From Camelus dromedarius (lineage: Eukaryota), in assembly GCF_036321535.1 (NCBI RefSeq), contig NC_087437.1, positions 68,078,001 to 68,142,000 on the forward strand: a DNA stretch of 64,000 bases, given 5' to 3'. This document shows positions 50,061-63,160 of the stretch, piece by piece. Numbering within the stretch: position 1 is the stretch's first letter; each line of letters starts with the position of its first letter. A model generated the notes under the pieces. That model did not search any database and was not told the DNA's origin. It saw nothing but the letters and a program-made list of their open reading frames with translations. Both the position numbers and the translations under genes were made by a program.

Positions 50061-51959
50061 TTATCAGTTAAATTTTGTGTGCCTGAGGTGTGTATGAATT
50101 TTTGTTCTAAATTCCTTCCAGAAATTTTTTTTCTCTTCTCCTAAGATAGGGAACACAGTGGAGGTAAGAGAGCTTCTTTCCACCCAGCCTTTGCTACTAT
50201 TTATTCAGTGCCTTTCATCACCTCCATCCTCTACACAAATTTTTGTAATATCTATACTATGGTGTTCCCTTGAAATAATTCTCAAAGTTGTACAGTCTGC
50301 TTGAAGTGAGAACCTGATGTCTCTGCTTATTGGGGAGGGAGCTTTAAGGGTTGTACATGTTCAGGGTGGAGCCCCTTCCCGCTTGCTTTAGAGGGTCATC
50401 ATGTTAACCAGAGGAGCCCTTGACCCAGTGAACCCCCAGGGAAATCAGTGCCACCTACCAGGAGCACTTCTGTGCTGTATCCACCCAGTGGAACACTTCT
50501 CTGCTTTGGGTCACCAGATGCCTCGGCCCTTGACCTTAATTAGTAAACATGGAAACAGACACATTTTTAAGTCATAGGTTTTGTATCAGGTGACATGATT
50601 ACTGTTCTCCTTATATGTCTTTACACTATTTTAGCCACTTAATTTGAATCACTTGATACAAATGGACATACATATTTTATTTCATTGACTATCCAGGGAC
50701 AAATGTGTTGTAAATATACACAAACACTGTTACATGCTAGTTTGCTATCAATCCTTAAAATTCCCAAATCCATGATTTTGTGTATTCTTTGAACTTGAAG
50801 AGGCATGAGCTTTCATTCTTTGTGAGTGTGCCGTGGGGTCATTTGGTAATGATGTATTCAGTAAAGTGCAGCAATCATGACAATAATACATTATATAATT
50901 ATATTTATCTGTTATAAACTCAATAGACCATTTGAAAGCAGTTGCTCAAGTGTACAATGGTTTACCATTAAAATAAAAATATCCCTAATTAACACATTCT
51001 GTAATATCTGGAAATGTGATTGAGACTCATTTCTAAAGTATGCTGGGCACTGAAATATATAGTCACATTCATTGTATAGTATATTATTGCAAAATAATAA
51101 AATAGGATATCATTTAATGTTTGCAGTCATTTTGTGATGGGTGAAAAGATACAACTGTGAGGCTCTGACATATGTTCCTTTTTCCTCTTGGCAACATATT
51201 GAGATAAATTGAATGTCAGATCCATGTTTGTTTCTTTGTTTGGTTGCCTATGGCTTCTGGTACCTATACCAAGCTTTGGTATGTTCAACAATACATATGA
51301 GTTTGATGTTATTCTCCATGATAAATATAACCAGGATTAAGTGGCTCAACCACAATAATGCTAAAAGGGAAAACCAATAAAGTGGGCAAGGTCTTCGGTA
51401 AAGCTTGTAGAGATCAAATAACAAGTTGCAGATAAGTGAGTGGAAGAAGCAAACACTGATTTAAGGCAGAGTACTGAAAAATGATCTCCTAAGGACTGCC
51501 ATGTATAACTGTGTCTGGGAAAGTATTTGAGCAGTCTTAGACAGGGGCCATTCTTTAATTAGTGCCATGTTATTGCACACCATGCATGCAACTTGAGAAT
51601 TTGAAAATGATCAATGCCCCTCTTCCTTTCATCTACCCATATCATGTTACCTTGGCAACAGGTATTGTATGATTTTTAAGAATTTCAGGAATTATCATAA
51701 CAGTCCATTTCAAGAATGTATTTCTAAGTGAGTAAACTTAAAGAAAAATAAGAGGAAAACTAAAGATGACCTCAGTACACGTTAAATGAGAACATGAAGA
51801 GTCTGCGTGTCTCTTTTAGACAGTATTGTAAAAACAGCTCCAGAGCGTCTGGTGGGGTCCACCAGGTACCAGACTTCACAGGATGGCTATGTGTAGAAGA
51901 ATCCTTCCATTTCTCCTTCCATTCCAGTGCTGGATTACTTGGCATGGGTCTCATGTAAG

Positions 51960-52128
51960 TTGTTGAGAAAGAAGAGAAGGAGGAGGCATAATAGCAGGAG
52001 TAGAAGAAGCAGGAGATAGTGCTAGAGGAGGACATATTCAAGGAAGTGGTGGGGAAGGTGGTGATGATGGGGAAGATGCCGAGAGGATGATGAGGGAGAA
52101 TGGGGAAAGAGATGAGGAAGAAGAAATG
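51960..52128. repeat. purine-rich (GA/GGA) low-complexity tract
   Basis: gagaaagaagagaaggaggagg...gatgaggaagaagaaa. Confidence 0.7.
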
Positions 52129-53029
52129 TAAGTTCTCCGTCAGGCTGATTTAACCAATAAAAGTTAAAAGTGAGGATTGTTTATTACTTTAACTGCATGA
52201 ATTCCCTTGCTCAAGTTACATGAATGGATACAAGCATTGAGATACAGAAGTCTAACCCATTCAGTGCACCACTAGATGTCCCACACATGCTAATGTTTAA
52301 CATTCAGGAAGTATCTTGAGCTCAGAATATGGTTCTCTTTACTGGAGTGAAAGATCAACAATATGAATTGATGTGGTTTGAAAGAATGTGTGCCCAGACC
52401 TCTAGAATATCTGGCAATTATTTATGTCATCGTTTTTGATGTTTGAACAAATAATCTAAAATTTTTGGTGCCCAGTATATGCTAATTATTCTGTTTGCTC
52501 CTATTCTCATTTTTTAAAAAGTAAACAACTATCTAAGCTTAAGTGTTTCATGAGTTCTCATGTGAAAAAGACTTTCATCAGCAATTCCCTGTTGAAAAAA
52601 TAATATAAAAATATGAAAGAGAAGGATAGTTGATGTCATTGTCAGTGTTTACATGGACAGTCTTCTTTATACTGGTACTGGAAAACAAGAGTAAACTAAA
52701 TCCTGGTTAGATTATATTGTCTAAATCCTGGTGCTTCTTATTTTTTAGCATTGTTAAATTTGTGGGAAAAATTTTGACCTAAGATAAAGCTAAATTCTGT
52801 AACAGTGAGCCACATTGGAACAGAGTTCTGCGATCTGTGTGTAAATATAAAGAGCACAATTAGAATTGAAGGCAGAGCAGAGTCTATCTGTATATCTCCA
52901 TCATCACTATATTTACTGGGCTCATGTGGCTCTTCTGGTCCAGCTACTATACAACCCTCGGGATCTTGTCCTGGGCTTCACACTAGAGTCTAGAATAAGA
53001 GAGGTCAAGAGATAGCTGGAAAAATATTT

Positions 53030-53190
53030 GAGAAAAGTCAGGAATTTTTGCTCTAGTGTCTCCTTGGCCAGTGCATGTTTCTATAAACTTGAGAATGCCA
53101 TTAGCTTTTCTAGACCTTGGTTTCCTGTTTGCACCATTAGATGTTTCCAGTGAGTGATGTCTAAGGACCTTTCCTTTGCTGGACTGTTAG
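53030..53190 (+). mobile_element. MIR3 SINE fragment
   Basis: tagcttttctagaccttggtttcctgtttgcacc...gatgtctaaggacctttcc. Confidence 0.55.
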
Positions 53191-53584
53191 GTAGTTTCAC
53201 CAGTTAAAGTGACTGCTGTAAACCGCTCTTGACAGGATACAGAAAACTGCACAACCTTTGTGAGGGTGAACTGTGATGGACACCTCTTCACACATCTAAT
53301 AGTGGATCCCACGTCTCTTGTTCACCACCACTCTTAATTACCCTCAATAATCACTCTGCCTCACCAAGACTGCCCCGACATAGCAAATTCCCTTACCTTA
53401 ATTTGAAGGTGCTGTCATCCAAGAACCTATGCTCACCTTTATCTGCTAAGTCATAGGCAGCAGTTGTAAATAATTTTATGCTGTTAATTTACTGAACATC
53501 TTCAGTTGAGCTCATACTCTGCCTTGCAATTTCTACAATGCCTTTCAGTCATTAGCAATTTCCCTGAAGCTTAAAAGCAACACT

Positions 53585-53726
53585 TAGGTTAGCGCCCACT
53601 CTAATGTCGTTATTTTAACTCGATTTCTTCTGTAAGACTCTGTCTCCAAATAAGGTCACTTTCTGAGGTACTGGTAGTCAGGACACCAACATGTTTTTTG
53701 GAGGGGACAGAATTCAACCCACAACA
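53585..53726 (-). mobile_element. MLT1-type (MaLR) LTR, 5' fragment
   Basis: reverse complement begins tgttgtgggttgaattctgtcccctcc...cagtacctcagaaagtgaccttatttggagacagagtc, the MLT1 LTR start. Confidence 0.85.
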
Positions 53727-53779
53727 GTATCTCAGAATTCTTTAGCTGCTTTCATTCTGAAGGTACTTCTGGGACCTCC

Positions 53780-54560
53780 CCTTTCATCCCCCACAAGCAA
53801 CATATGACTAAACCTATTACTGAACATTGCCCAATTCCATGCACCTCTCTTCCTCTGTCCTGTCTCCATTACCACTCCAGTCCAAAATACTATTCCAGTT
53901 CACTTGGAAGGGGAAAATCTTCCTCATTTGTTTCCCAAACTCTAGTTTTGTTCCTCTCTAGTTCACGCTCTGTGTTGCAAGCAGAGAAGTCTTTTCACAG
54001 TTCAGACCACCTATGCTTAAAAGCCTTTAAAGCCTTCCTGCTGTTCTGAGAATAAAGACCAAAACCTCCATCTTGGCCTCAGGGTCCTGCTTGACCTGGC
54101 GTCTTCTTAGCCACACTGTGAACTGCTTTCTGTCTCGTTATCTCTGTGCAGGCTGCGCCAGCCAACTGCAGGGCACGGAAAGCTCGGGCTGCCTCCTGCC
54201 GTGGGCCTTCGCTCCAGCTGTGCTCTCCTTACAGTGACCGCCTGGTCCACCTGTTACCTCCGTCCTCCCTCACCCTTCAGATCTCAGCACAGGCATTAAT
54301 GACTCCAGAAACCCACCCCTGTGTCAACCCAGGCAGGGTCAGGTCCCCTGCTATGTGTTGTCTGAGCAACCTGGCTTTTCCTTCAGAGCACTTACCGCAT
54401 TTTGAAAATGTATGTTTACGCAATTATTATATTAATGTCTGCCTTCCCCATTGGATCATAAGATGCTGAGGTGGAAACTGTTGTTCCTTTACTCTCTACC
54501 TTATGTGTAGCACCTAGCATTTGGCTCATAGCTAGATCTCAAATTGTTAAAATGATCAGT
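53780..54560 (+). mobile_element. L2 LINE 3' region
   Basis: tgcttaaaagcctttaaagccttcctgctgttctgagaataaagaccaaaacctcc...gtctgccttccccattggatcataag...gtagcacctagcatttggctcatag. Confidence 0.75.
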
Positions 54561-56783
54561 GTATCAAAGAATTTGTTTCCAGTTTATTGCATTCAGTTTG
54601 ACGCTTTACACTTTCTCCTGGTGTTCTCTATTGTTACTTGTTCCATTTGTTAGTAATGTTTAGTTCACCTTGTATTTAAGGTATTTATGTCGAATCAATC
54701 ATATGCACTATATGAGAAGAAAAGAATAATCTTTTGAGGGGTTTCCCAATCTAGTGATAATAGGAGACCAAATTTGGTTTGTTAGTTTAAATAGAAATTT
54801 AAACATATCCGTATTTTTAACTTACCTAATATCCATAAAATTTATTTTATCAGAATTTCTAAACATTTAGAGAGGCCTAAAGCTGTATATCTAAGTAAAT
54901 TGAAAATGTACTTAAATTATATGTGACTGTGTATAAACTTGCTATTAATTACTGACTTTGAAGAATGTTTATTAAAGATGTTTTTCATGCGATCCTTTCC
55001 TCCACATGATGGAGAGCGCTCCAGACGTTTTTTAGAACACTCATTAGTACTTGTAGCACCAACAAATCCCTTATAGCGAATGTATCCTAGAGAAGTTTCT
55101 CATCCCAGGTGAACAGTAATCAATATGGAGATGCTCTCCACTCAGTGGTTTATGGATTGTGTCGCTCTAAAGATAAAAACCACTTCTGCAGACAGCTCAG
55201 AGGGCAGAGATGTTCAGGAAATTTTAATTTCCATAGAACACCAGGGTTTGATTAGAGTGAGTGTTTGTATACAATAATGCTATTTTGTGTATGTACAAGA
55301 TGGAGGGAGAGAGAAGCCTGACTGCTCACAGAAGGAAAATGGACTCAAATTTAAATTCAGTGTGCTGGAATGAGAATTTTAACCTGAGTAAATATCCCTA
55401 ACATTTAATGTATTAGCTTAATATATATATCTATGCCGTGACCATGATGTGCTGGGTCTGTGATCAGTGGGTATAAGTCAGTGGCTCGGGGCAACTCCCA
55501 TGCTCTCATGGAACTTATGTCCCGGTGCAGCAACTCATCATGTGTGTCAGTCAAGTTTACCAGGAGTTACTTTGGGGTCTGGGGAAATTTTAGACATGTA
55601 GGTAAAGTTCTCTTGTTTGAATCTGTGTGTCTCTAGCTGCATGTCTGAAATCACCCCTCTCTTACCAGTAACCTACTTGTCTAACAGGAGACCGGCCATG
55701 CAGAATAAAGGCAGGAAAGCCACACTCAGGTCACGGGAGTGACTTCTCTTTGGGCACCTGGGCAAGAGAGAACTCCTGCAGCTATGACTGTTGACCCCTC
55801 AGTCGCTTTTGCACTGTATGAATAGAACTGCTCCCACTTTGGCAGGATGTGTGGTCTTCTTTTCTTAGAATAGTATGACCTTACAGAGCCACCCATTACT
55901 AAAGACTCAGTGAGACTGTGTCCTAATTTCTACGTTGCCCACCTGTGGAGGAATCAGATCGGGGAGAGAAGTAAAATGAAGAAGATCAAATGGTCACCCA
56001 GTAGACTGGGGTGGTGTCTGTGTGGAAAAGGCCTATGTTCTAACACTTTTATCTGTCTGTCAGATGAGTGCTTTTTGTGGATAACTTTTTACTTTTTTAT
56101 TTAATCTTAGCTTCCAATATGAAATAGGTTAGATGAGTTTTCCAGATGAGGAACAACCAGTTGAGAGCAAAAATAGGATGGGATGAAGGGCCCATCATAC
56201 TCTCAGGAGAAGGCTTATGTCGCTCCCCAACTCGGCCTCACAGGAGGGCACGTGGCCAGGGTGACCTCACCCTGCATGTCAAGCACTCTCCGTACCTAGG
56301 CTGTCCCTCCCCCTGCTCCACTCTGACCAGACCTCCCAAGGGCACCAAAGCCTGGCTTCTGCCTCTGTGTCTTCATCCTAGTCAGGGCATCTCAGGCACA
56401 GCCAATCAAAGGATATCGTATTTGATAATGCCAAATATGCACATATTTGTATATCTTCTCCATCTTGTCGGAATACTCCCTTGTATGTTGTGCTTTATCT
56501 TTGCACTTAAAAGTTGAAGACTTTTCCTTACTTTGGTTTTTTAGTACCTAGTGTGACCCTAGGCATATCAGTACTTTAAGTCTTCATGGAAGACTCCAAC
56601 TGAGTAAAGTGTAACTTTTTCACATGGTTAAACACCAGTTGAACCCCTTATCTTAACCTCACATCACATAAGAAGACAGAGGAATAACTTTTAGAGATGT
56701 TTTTAGAACACAAGATTTTCTTAACTCACCTAATCTTACGTGTAAATTCCCAATTGATGTTATCCTAATGAGAACCCACACAA

Positions 56784-57556
56784 ACCCTCCTACACTGTTG
56801 GTGAGAATGTAGTTTGGTGCGGCCTTTATGGAAAACAGTAGGGAGATTCCTCCAAAAACTAAACATAGACATACCATATAGTCCAGCAATCCCACTTGTG
56901 GGCATATATCCAGAGGGAACTCTTAATTCAAAAGGATGCATGCACCCCAGTGTTCATAGCAGCACTATATACAATAACCAAGACATGGAAACAACCTAAA
57001 TATCCATCAGCAGATAACTGGATAAAGTAGTTGTGATCTATTTATACAATGGAATACTACTCAGCCATAAAAAATAATAAAATAGTACCATTTGAGCAAC
57101 ATGGATGGACCTGGAGGTCATCATTCTAAGTGAAGTAAGCCAGAAAGAGAAAAAAAAAATAGGAAAATACCATATGATATAACTTATATGTGGAATCTAA
57201 AAAAAAAAAAAAAAAGCACAAATGAACTTACTTACAAAGCAAAAACAAGACTCACAGGCATAGAAAACAAGCTTATAGTTACCAGGAAGGAAAGAGATGG
57301 GAAGGGACAAAATGAGAGTTTGAGATTTGCAGATACTAACTACTATATATAAAGTAGATATACCACAGTTTTCTTCTGTATGGCACAGGGAACTACATTC
57401 AGTATCTTGTAGCAACCTATAATGAAAAAGAATATGAAAATAAATATATGTATGTATATGTATTAGTGAACTATTACTCTGTACAACAGAAATTGACACA
57501 TAAACAGACTGTACTTCAGTAAACTAATGAACAAAAATTTGATATAAAAAAAAAAA
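56784..57556 (+). mobile_element. 5'-truncated L1 (ORF2 C-terminus, 3'UTR, poly-A)
   Basis: ORF 56814-56999 VRPLWKTVGRFLQKLNIDIPYSPAIPLVGIYP matches L1 ORF2 C-terminal QPLWKTVWRFLKKLKIELPYDPAIPLLGIYP; frameshifted downstream; A-tail ~57546-57556; possible short TSD agaaccc (56771-56777 / 57556-57562). Confidence 0.93.
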
Positions 57557-58569
57557 GAACCCTTACAGTACTCCATTCTGTTTGTCATCCAGTGTGTTTT
57601 GTTTGCAAGAGGAACTTGCTGCACAGCTCTGCCATTCACCTTGACAAGCTATAATACTGTTCAGTTGGCAAGATATGACAAGGTTACTTCTAGAGGTGAT
57701 GCTAAGTGGCAGGACACCCATTTACTTGGAAATGAGATCAAAAAAGCTTGCTTAATTTTTATTAGACACTATTTAGAGATTGTAGTGTTTGCACAAGCTA
57801 TTTCTCAGGAATCATTTACTCTAACCCTAGCCCTGTTCTTAAGGACGGCATGCTCACACATAACAGCTGCAGAATATAGGCCGTTGTCTTTTATTTCCCT
57901 GACACTTAGCAGATTCCCTCCATCTGATACGTATAACACCGCTTTTCTTCTTCCTTCCTTTGACAGAAATGAATGCCGGCCAAAAAGTGGAACCAAAATA
58001 GCAAAATAAAAATATTTTTTAAATGAAACTATTTCAAAACAGGGCATGTGAATGAAAAATGAATGCCATTCGAATATGCTCTGACCTCAAACCTTTAAAA
58101 TGACTTGCTGTATTTTGTAGTGGGAGGGAGGACACGATTTTTCTCAGATGCTGTACAGGGCAAGGGAGTTGGCTGGGAGAGGTAGCCTCTTGCCCCTCGA
58201 GGCCTTGATGGGTTAGTCCCACAGTACTGGTGTCACAGCCATCGAGAGGGGGAAGGAGCAGCACATGGGAAAGGAGCAGGAGGGACTCGTTTGCAGCAGG
58301 GCCACCATTGAATTAACCAACATATTGTTAAGTTCAAACCAAAGAGCCAGTATTCACATCTGACAGATTACCAGCCTCCAGCAATTAATAGAAAATATGA
58401 GTAGAGCTGCAGAGGGAAATTTTTCTCACCTTTATAATATCCATGATGTAGACTATTTATTCCAGGATTAGAAAAGTTGAAATCTAAGCTACAAGTGGCC
58501 ACTTAGGAGCCCCTGTGCACCATTTATCTCTCTGGAACTCAGTTCCCTTAACTGAACTCTGAGGGTGTA

Positions 58570-58866
58570 AGGGTCAGTGACTGCAAGTCAAATTCATGTT
58601 TTGTTTGTTTGTCATTACTGTTTTATTTGTTGGCTTAAGTGCCAAGTTAAAAAAAATTTAGGAGATTCGTATTTAGCTTTCCCTGATAAAATCAATCACT
58701 GCTAACATCATTTCTAAATGGTTACAATACCCTTAACTGATGAAAGCTGTCCCTTTTAAACTTAAACCTGGACCATGGTCAGCCTTCAGGTGACTTCCGC
58801 CAGCCTGCTTCACAAAGTTAGGCTATTGCCTGCCCTTTGTATGCATTTGGGTTTTTGATACCTCTT
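58570..58866. mobile_element. probable ancient hAT-type DNA transposon fragment
   Basis: terminal tgcctgccctttgtatgcatttgggtttttgatacctct resembles a hAT MER terminus; family uncertain. Confidence 0.4.
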
Positions 58867-61800
58867 ATGATGACCAGTATCACTTCCAGCTATAGCAGCT
58901 GTCATCCTTTTATATTGAGATATCTTCCTACTATGCAGTTGCTTATAATCCCATCAATAATTGTCCTTGTATATAGTCTGTTTAGTTTGTAAACTTCTGG
59001 GGTCCAAGGACAATGTAGATTTAGTTTGCTTTGCAGTGAGCATCGTAATACCTATGTACATGCTTTTCCATGACTTCACTGGATGTGTTTGTCTCCTTCT
59101 TGTTTCTTCTTTAAAACAGCATCAGTTTTTTAGCAACTCTCTGTCCACAATGCACTCACCATTGTCCCTCACAGGCAATTCCCCACAACTCAGGGTATCT
59201 GAAGCCTTGTGGGATGCAAAGCTCTCAGAAACCACAATGAACATTTAACCTAAATGTACACGAATGGTAAGATTTATTAAAAATTTAAATTGACCAACTG
59301 ATTTCATTTAGTTCTGCACCCTGATTCATTTTAATCTATAGGCATATTTGCATGTGCTAATTTGCATGGCCAATATGCAGGTGCACACCCATGCATATTT
59401 ATTTTAAGTAATTTAGAACGTTAATTTTGTGGATATGATAATGCAATTTTAAGTTTAGAAAAATCACGACATGGAAGTTTGGTAGCATTGAGAATCTGTA
59501 GTGTTCACTTATGCAGTATGAATGTTACCAAAAATAACTTCTCAATTAAACAAATATATGATTTACATTCCTTTTATTATTTAAAAATATATGCTTTGTG
59601 TATTATTTTTCACATTATGGTATTTCACTTAATCCTCCCCACAAATTCAAGGAAGATGATATTTTCTAAAAATAGAGAAGGGATGGTTTCAATGGTTTCT
59701 TTCTTTTTTGTTGTCAGACTATGATACAGTATAAAATAGATAAAAGAAGTAGAGCTTCCCAAGTTGAAGCAGACTCAAGGGCTCTGAGCCCAGTTTTTTG
59801 GTGTCCATTCACCATTCTCTTGCCCATCCTGGAATCCTGAGACGCCTCAGTAGAGTTCAGGGGTCTTCAAAAATCTATTTGATATCACTGGATTAGTTAT
59901 TTTCTGGTGTTGTTTTAGACCAATATTTTGTAAACCTGGATGTCATTTGCATGCATCTTAGATTTCTTTTGTGATGTAATTTCTTACCATGTGTCTTTAA
60001 GAATGTTTTAACTGCACTTCTTTTTTCTGAGAACTAAACAAGAATTATATTAAACTGTCATGAATTCATGAGTGCTTTTACATGCTTGCTGCTAAAATGA
60101 AATTTAACTTTGGTCTTTAGGGTAGGTTTTTTTTCCCCCTATCATTCTTTTTTGGTGGGGGGGGGAATAATGAAACACACAGATATGACAAATGATTCTG
60201 TATGTGCACATTTTCCAGCTTAAACACTAGATTTTCTGATGACCAGCTTTCCAAATTTGATATGAAGAATATTATTATGTCTTACCAGCTCTACTATTGG
60301 TTTTATACTGTCATAAAGACTTAATGATGTCCCATCAAGACACGTTAACATTTCTCTTGAGCTGATGTGTTATGAAACCTACCTAAATCCTTTAGCTTTT
60401 TATAATCTCTCTTCAATAACTAATCTCATATTTTAAAGCAAGAGTCTGTTGGAGGGGTGCAACTGAGAGATGTGAAACACAAACACTGACTATACAATAA
60501 AGCATGAAAAGAAAAGGGAAAAAAAGCCCTAAGGAAGCATAAAGAAAGCGCTTGCGGGATATCTAAAGAAAATGTAATGACATCCCATGTGCCCCTCTGA
60601 ACCGCCATTATGTTGTGTACAAGCCCAGGAGCCCATGGCTTCTGTCTCCTGTCTGAGGTCCTGGCACCCAGGTCAGGGTGGCAGACAGGACAGAAACCAT
60701 GAAATTCACTGAAGCACGTATGTACGAACAAGAGCATCAATATTGGATGAAAAACATTCCAGTGTGCGGTCTTGCTTCCCTCTTAAAAATTTGGAATATT
60801 AATATTTTATTTTCTCCAAGCTGTGGGGAAGCTATATATTATTGATGAGATCGTGTTTTGTAGAGTTTCAGACTCTGGTTTTTCCAGGTCTATTATCTTT
60901 CCAGCATTTTACAGTGAAAAGAGCCCTGGAAAGAGACTCTTCTATGATTCCAGGATGCAATAATTGTAGGAGAATAGATTGAAGGAATGTTTCTTTATTT
61001 CTGTTCTTCCATCCCTGTCATCCTTTTGTCTTCTCTCCCTCTCCACTGTTTGTGGAAGTTGGGCCTAGAAGTCAGTGAAAGGGAAGGATGGTTGCTTTGC
61101 AGAGAGATTTCCAGAGCTTTTAATAAAAGGAGGGGGCTGTAGGAAGTAGCCACAGTGAGACCAGCCCTGTGCCCCTCCCAGTCTTCCTCCCAGTTATCTG
61201 AACTATGAAAGGAGAAGAATGAAGAGGTGGACGATGCTCTGATGGAGTTGCATAGAGCAGAGGGTCCCCATGTCAGTCCCTGTGTCCTGCCACTTCTCTT
61301 CTCCTCTGCCAGGGAGTATATCACAGTGGTTGCCTATCATACATTGGTCTGGTTTTAGAGATAACTGAAAACAAGATTAAGATAGTGATATTGGTTCTTA
61401 GACAGGCACTCTTTACATCATCTAACTACTTAAATATCTTCTGTGAGTCAAACACAGAGAAAGAAGGATAAAATTCATAGGTTTCTCTTTCCTTTGTGAT
61501 TGGATAATGCAAGGTTCCAAAAACATTCAGAGCATATATGCTGCACAGAATCATTTTCTCAGGTAATGTTTTTCAGCAGTCATTCTTTCCCTCGTTTTAT
61601 TATTTCCTAGCTGCTCAGAGTTGGAATATGAACTGAAGTAGACAGTGGAATGTGAAAGGACGGACTTGTCATTGCAATCCTCCATTTGGATGCCCGACAG
61701 AGCAGTGATGGGCACAGGCTATGGGGGGGTGGGTAATAGTTATTATCATCTTCCCATCTGCATAGCAACTCCATTTCTGACTGTCCATGTGTTCCCAGTC

Positions 61801-63014
61801 ACCTTCACTCTGCGGTCACTTGAACCTGAAGATGTTGTGGGAACCCCTGCAATGCTGTCCACATGGTTTGGGGTCCAGGTGCCCCTGTATTAAGCTGATA
61901 TCTGGATAGAGCTGTAAGAATATATTTTCCTCTGAAAAGGAAAAGGAAAAAGAGATTTGTCACGTTTTCCTTTGGTTCATCCTACCCTTAAATTTTAAGT
62001 TCCATTGTTGTCTAAATCCATGAATTGCAACTGTAGTCAAACATTGTAGCCATATTTCCCCTGTATTCAAGGAAGGTGACAGCTTGAATATTAGTGTATC
62101 TCACATGACTCAATGTAAACAATACCAATGCCCTGGTGGAGGGGGGCTGAGAAGAAGTATACATCTGTTTAGTACTTTTCCACTTTCAGTATTCTTTTTC
62201 CTACTTGGACAAACCTTCATCTCAACCACATATAACAGATTATTAAAAAATCACACAGCGCTGATGAGTGAGAGCAGTCACCTTGCCAAGTCAGCTGGTC
62301 CAGCGTTTAGGTCTCACATATTTCCTCAGTTACTTGTACTAACCTCACAAAGTTGCATGGTTGTCCTTTTCATGACTCTGTCCTTGTAGTTAATTTACAA
62401 GGAATCCAAATCAGTGCTGTGTAAGTAAATAAATTAATTACTCAGTATAATTTCTAAATCATAAATCTCACACCCTTCACATCTTGAGATCAATAAATAT
62501 TTTCCTTGCATGATGCCCTCATTTTCAAAACTTGAGAATGCTGCAGCTGCCAGCAGAGTCCCCTGTGGGCCTAAGAACATTAGTCAGCATGACGGGCTTC
62601 ATCCTGGCTGACAAAGGTTTCACCCCCTACTTTAATCCACCTATTCTTTTGTGCTTTTTTGTTGTCTTTTTCTCCTCCTCATCCCTGCTAGTGAAACTGT
62701 GCTAATTGCCACTAAGAGGGCTTATCCAGGAAAGGGCCTTTTTGAGGTCCTGAAAAACTTATATCCCTGCAGAAAGATGCAAAGGAATTACTTGGATGTC
62801 AACAGCTGTCTGGCCTTTTTTTCCCCCCAAAAACTGAAATTTATGTCTCTTATGTTAAGAGTAACTCCATTACTCTGTCAGTAAACCACTGATTTTGAAG
62901 CTTAAATGAAGTGAGTGTTTAATTTTATTTGTGAATAAATGTTTCAAAAGGAATGAATGAATCTTCTTTTGCTCCAGTATCTATCTTGAAAATGATAATT
63001 TAGTTATGGTTTTT

Positions 63015-63160
63015 TTGACAACTTTTTTTTTTGAGGTGGGGAGGTAATTAGGTTTATCTATTTAATTTATTTTTTTTTAAATGGAGGCACTGGGAACTGA
63101 ACCCAGGACCTCATGCATGCTAATCATGTGCTCTACCACTTGAGCTATACCCTCCCCCTC
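63015..63160 (-). mobile_element. tRNA-Ala-derived camelid SINE (vic-1-type) with TSD
   Basis: reverse complement gggggagggtatagctcaagtggtagagcacatgattagcatgcatgaggtcctgggttcagttcccagtgcctcca (A box, B box, tRNA-Ala-AGC-like) then AT-rich linker, aaacctaattacctcccc and A-tail; direct repeat ttatggttttt at 63004-63014 and 63164-63174. Confidence 0.9.

Noticed and set aside
56814..56999. 61-aa ORF as a host gene
   Set aside because: It is a frameshifted L1 ORF2 C-terminal remnant
63081..63158. tRNA-Ala gene on the minus strand
   Set aside because: Stems carry mismatches and it is followed by a SINE body, A-tail and TSD
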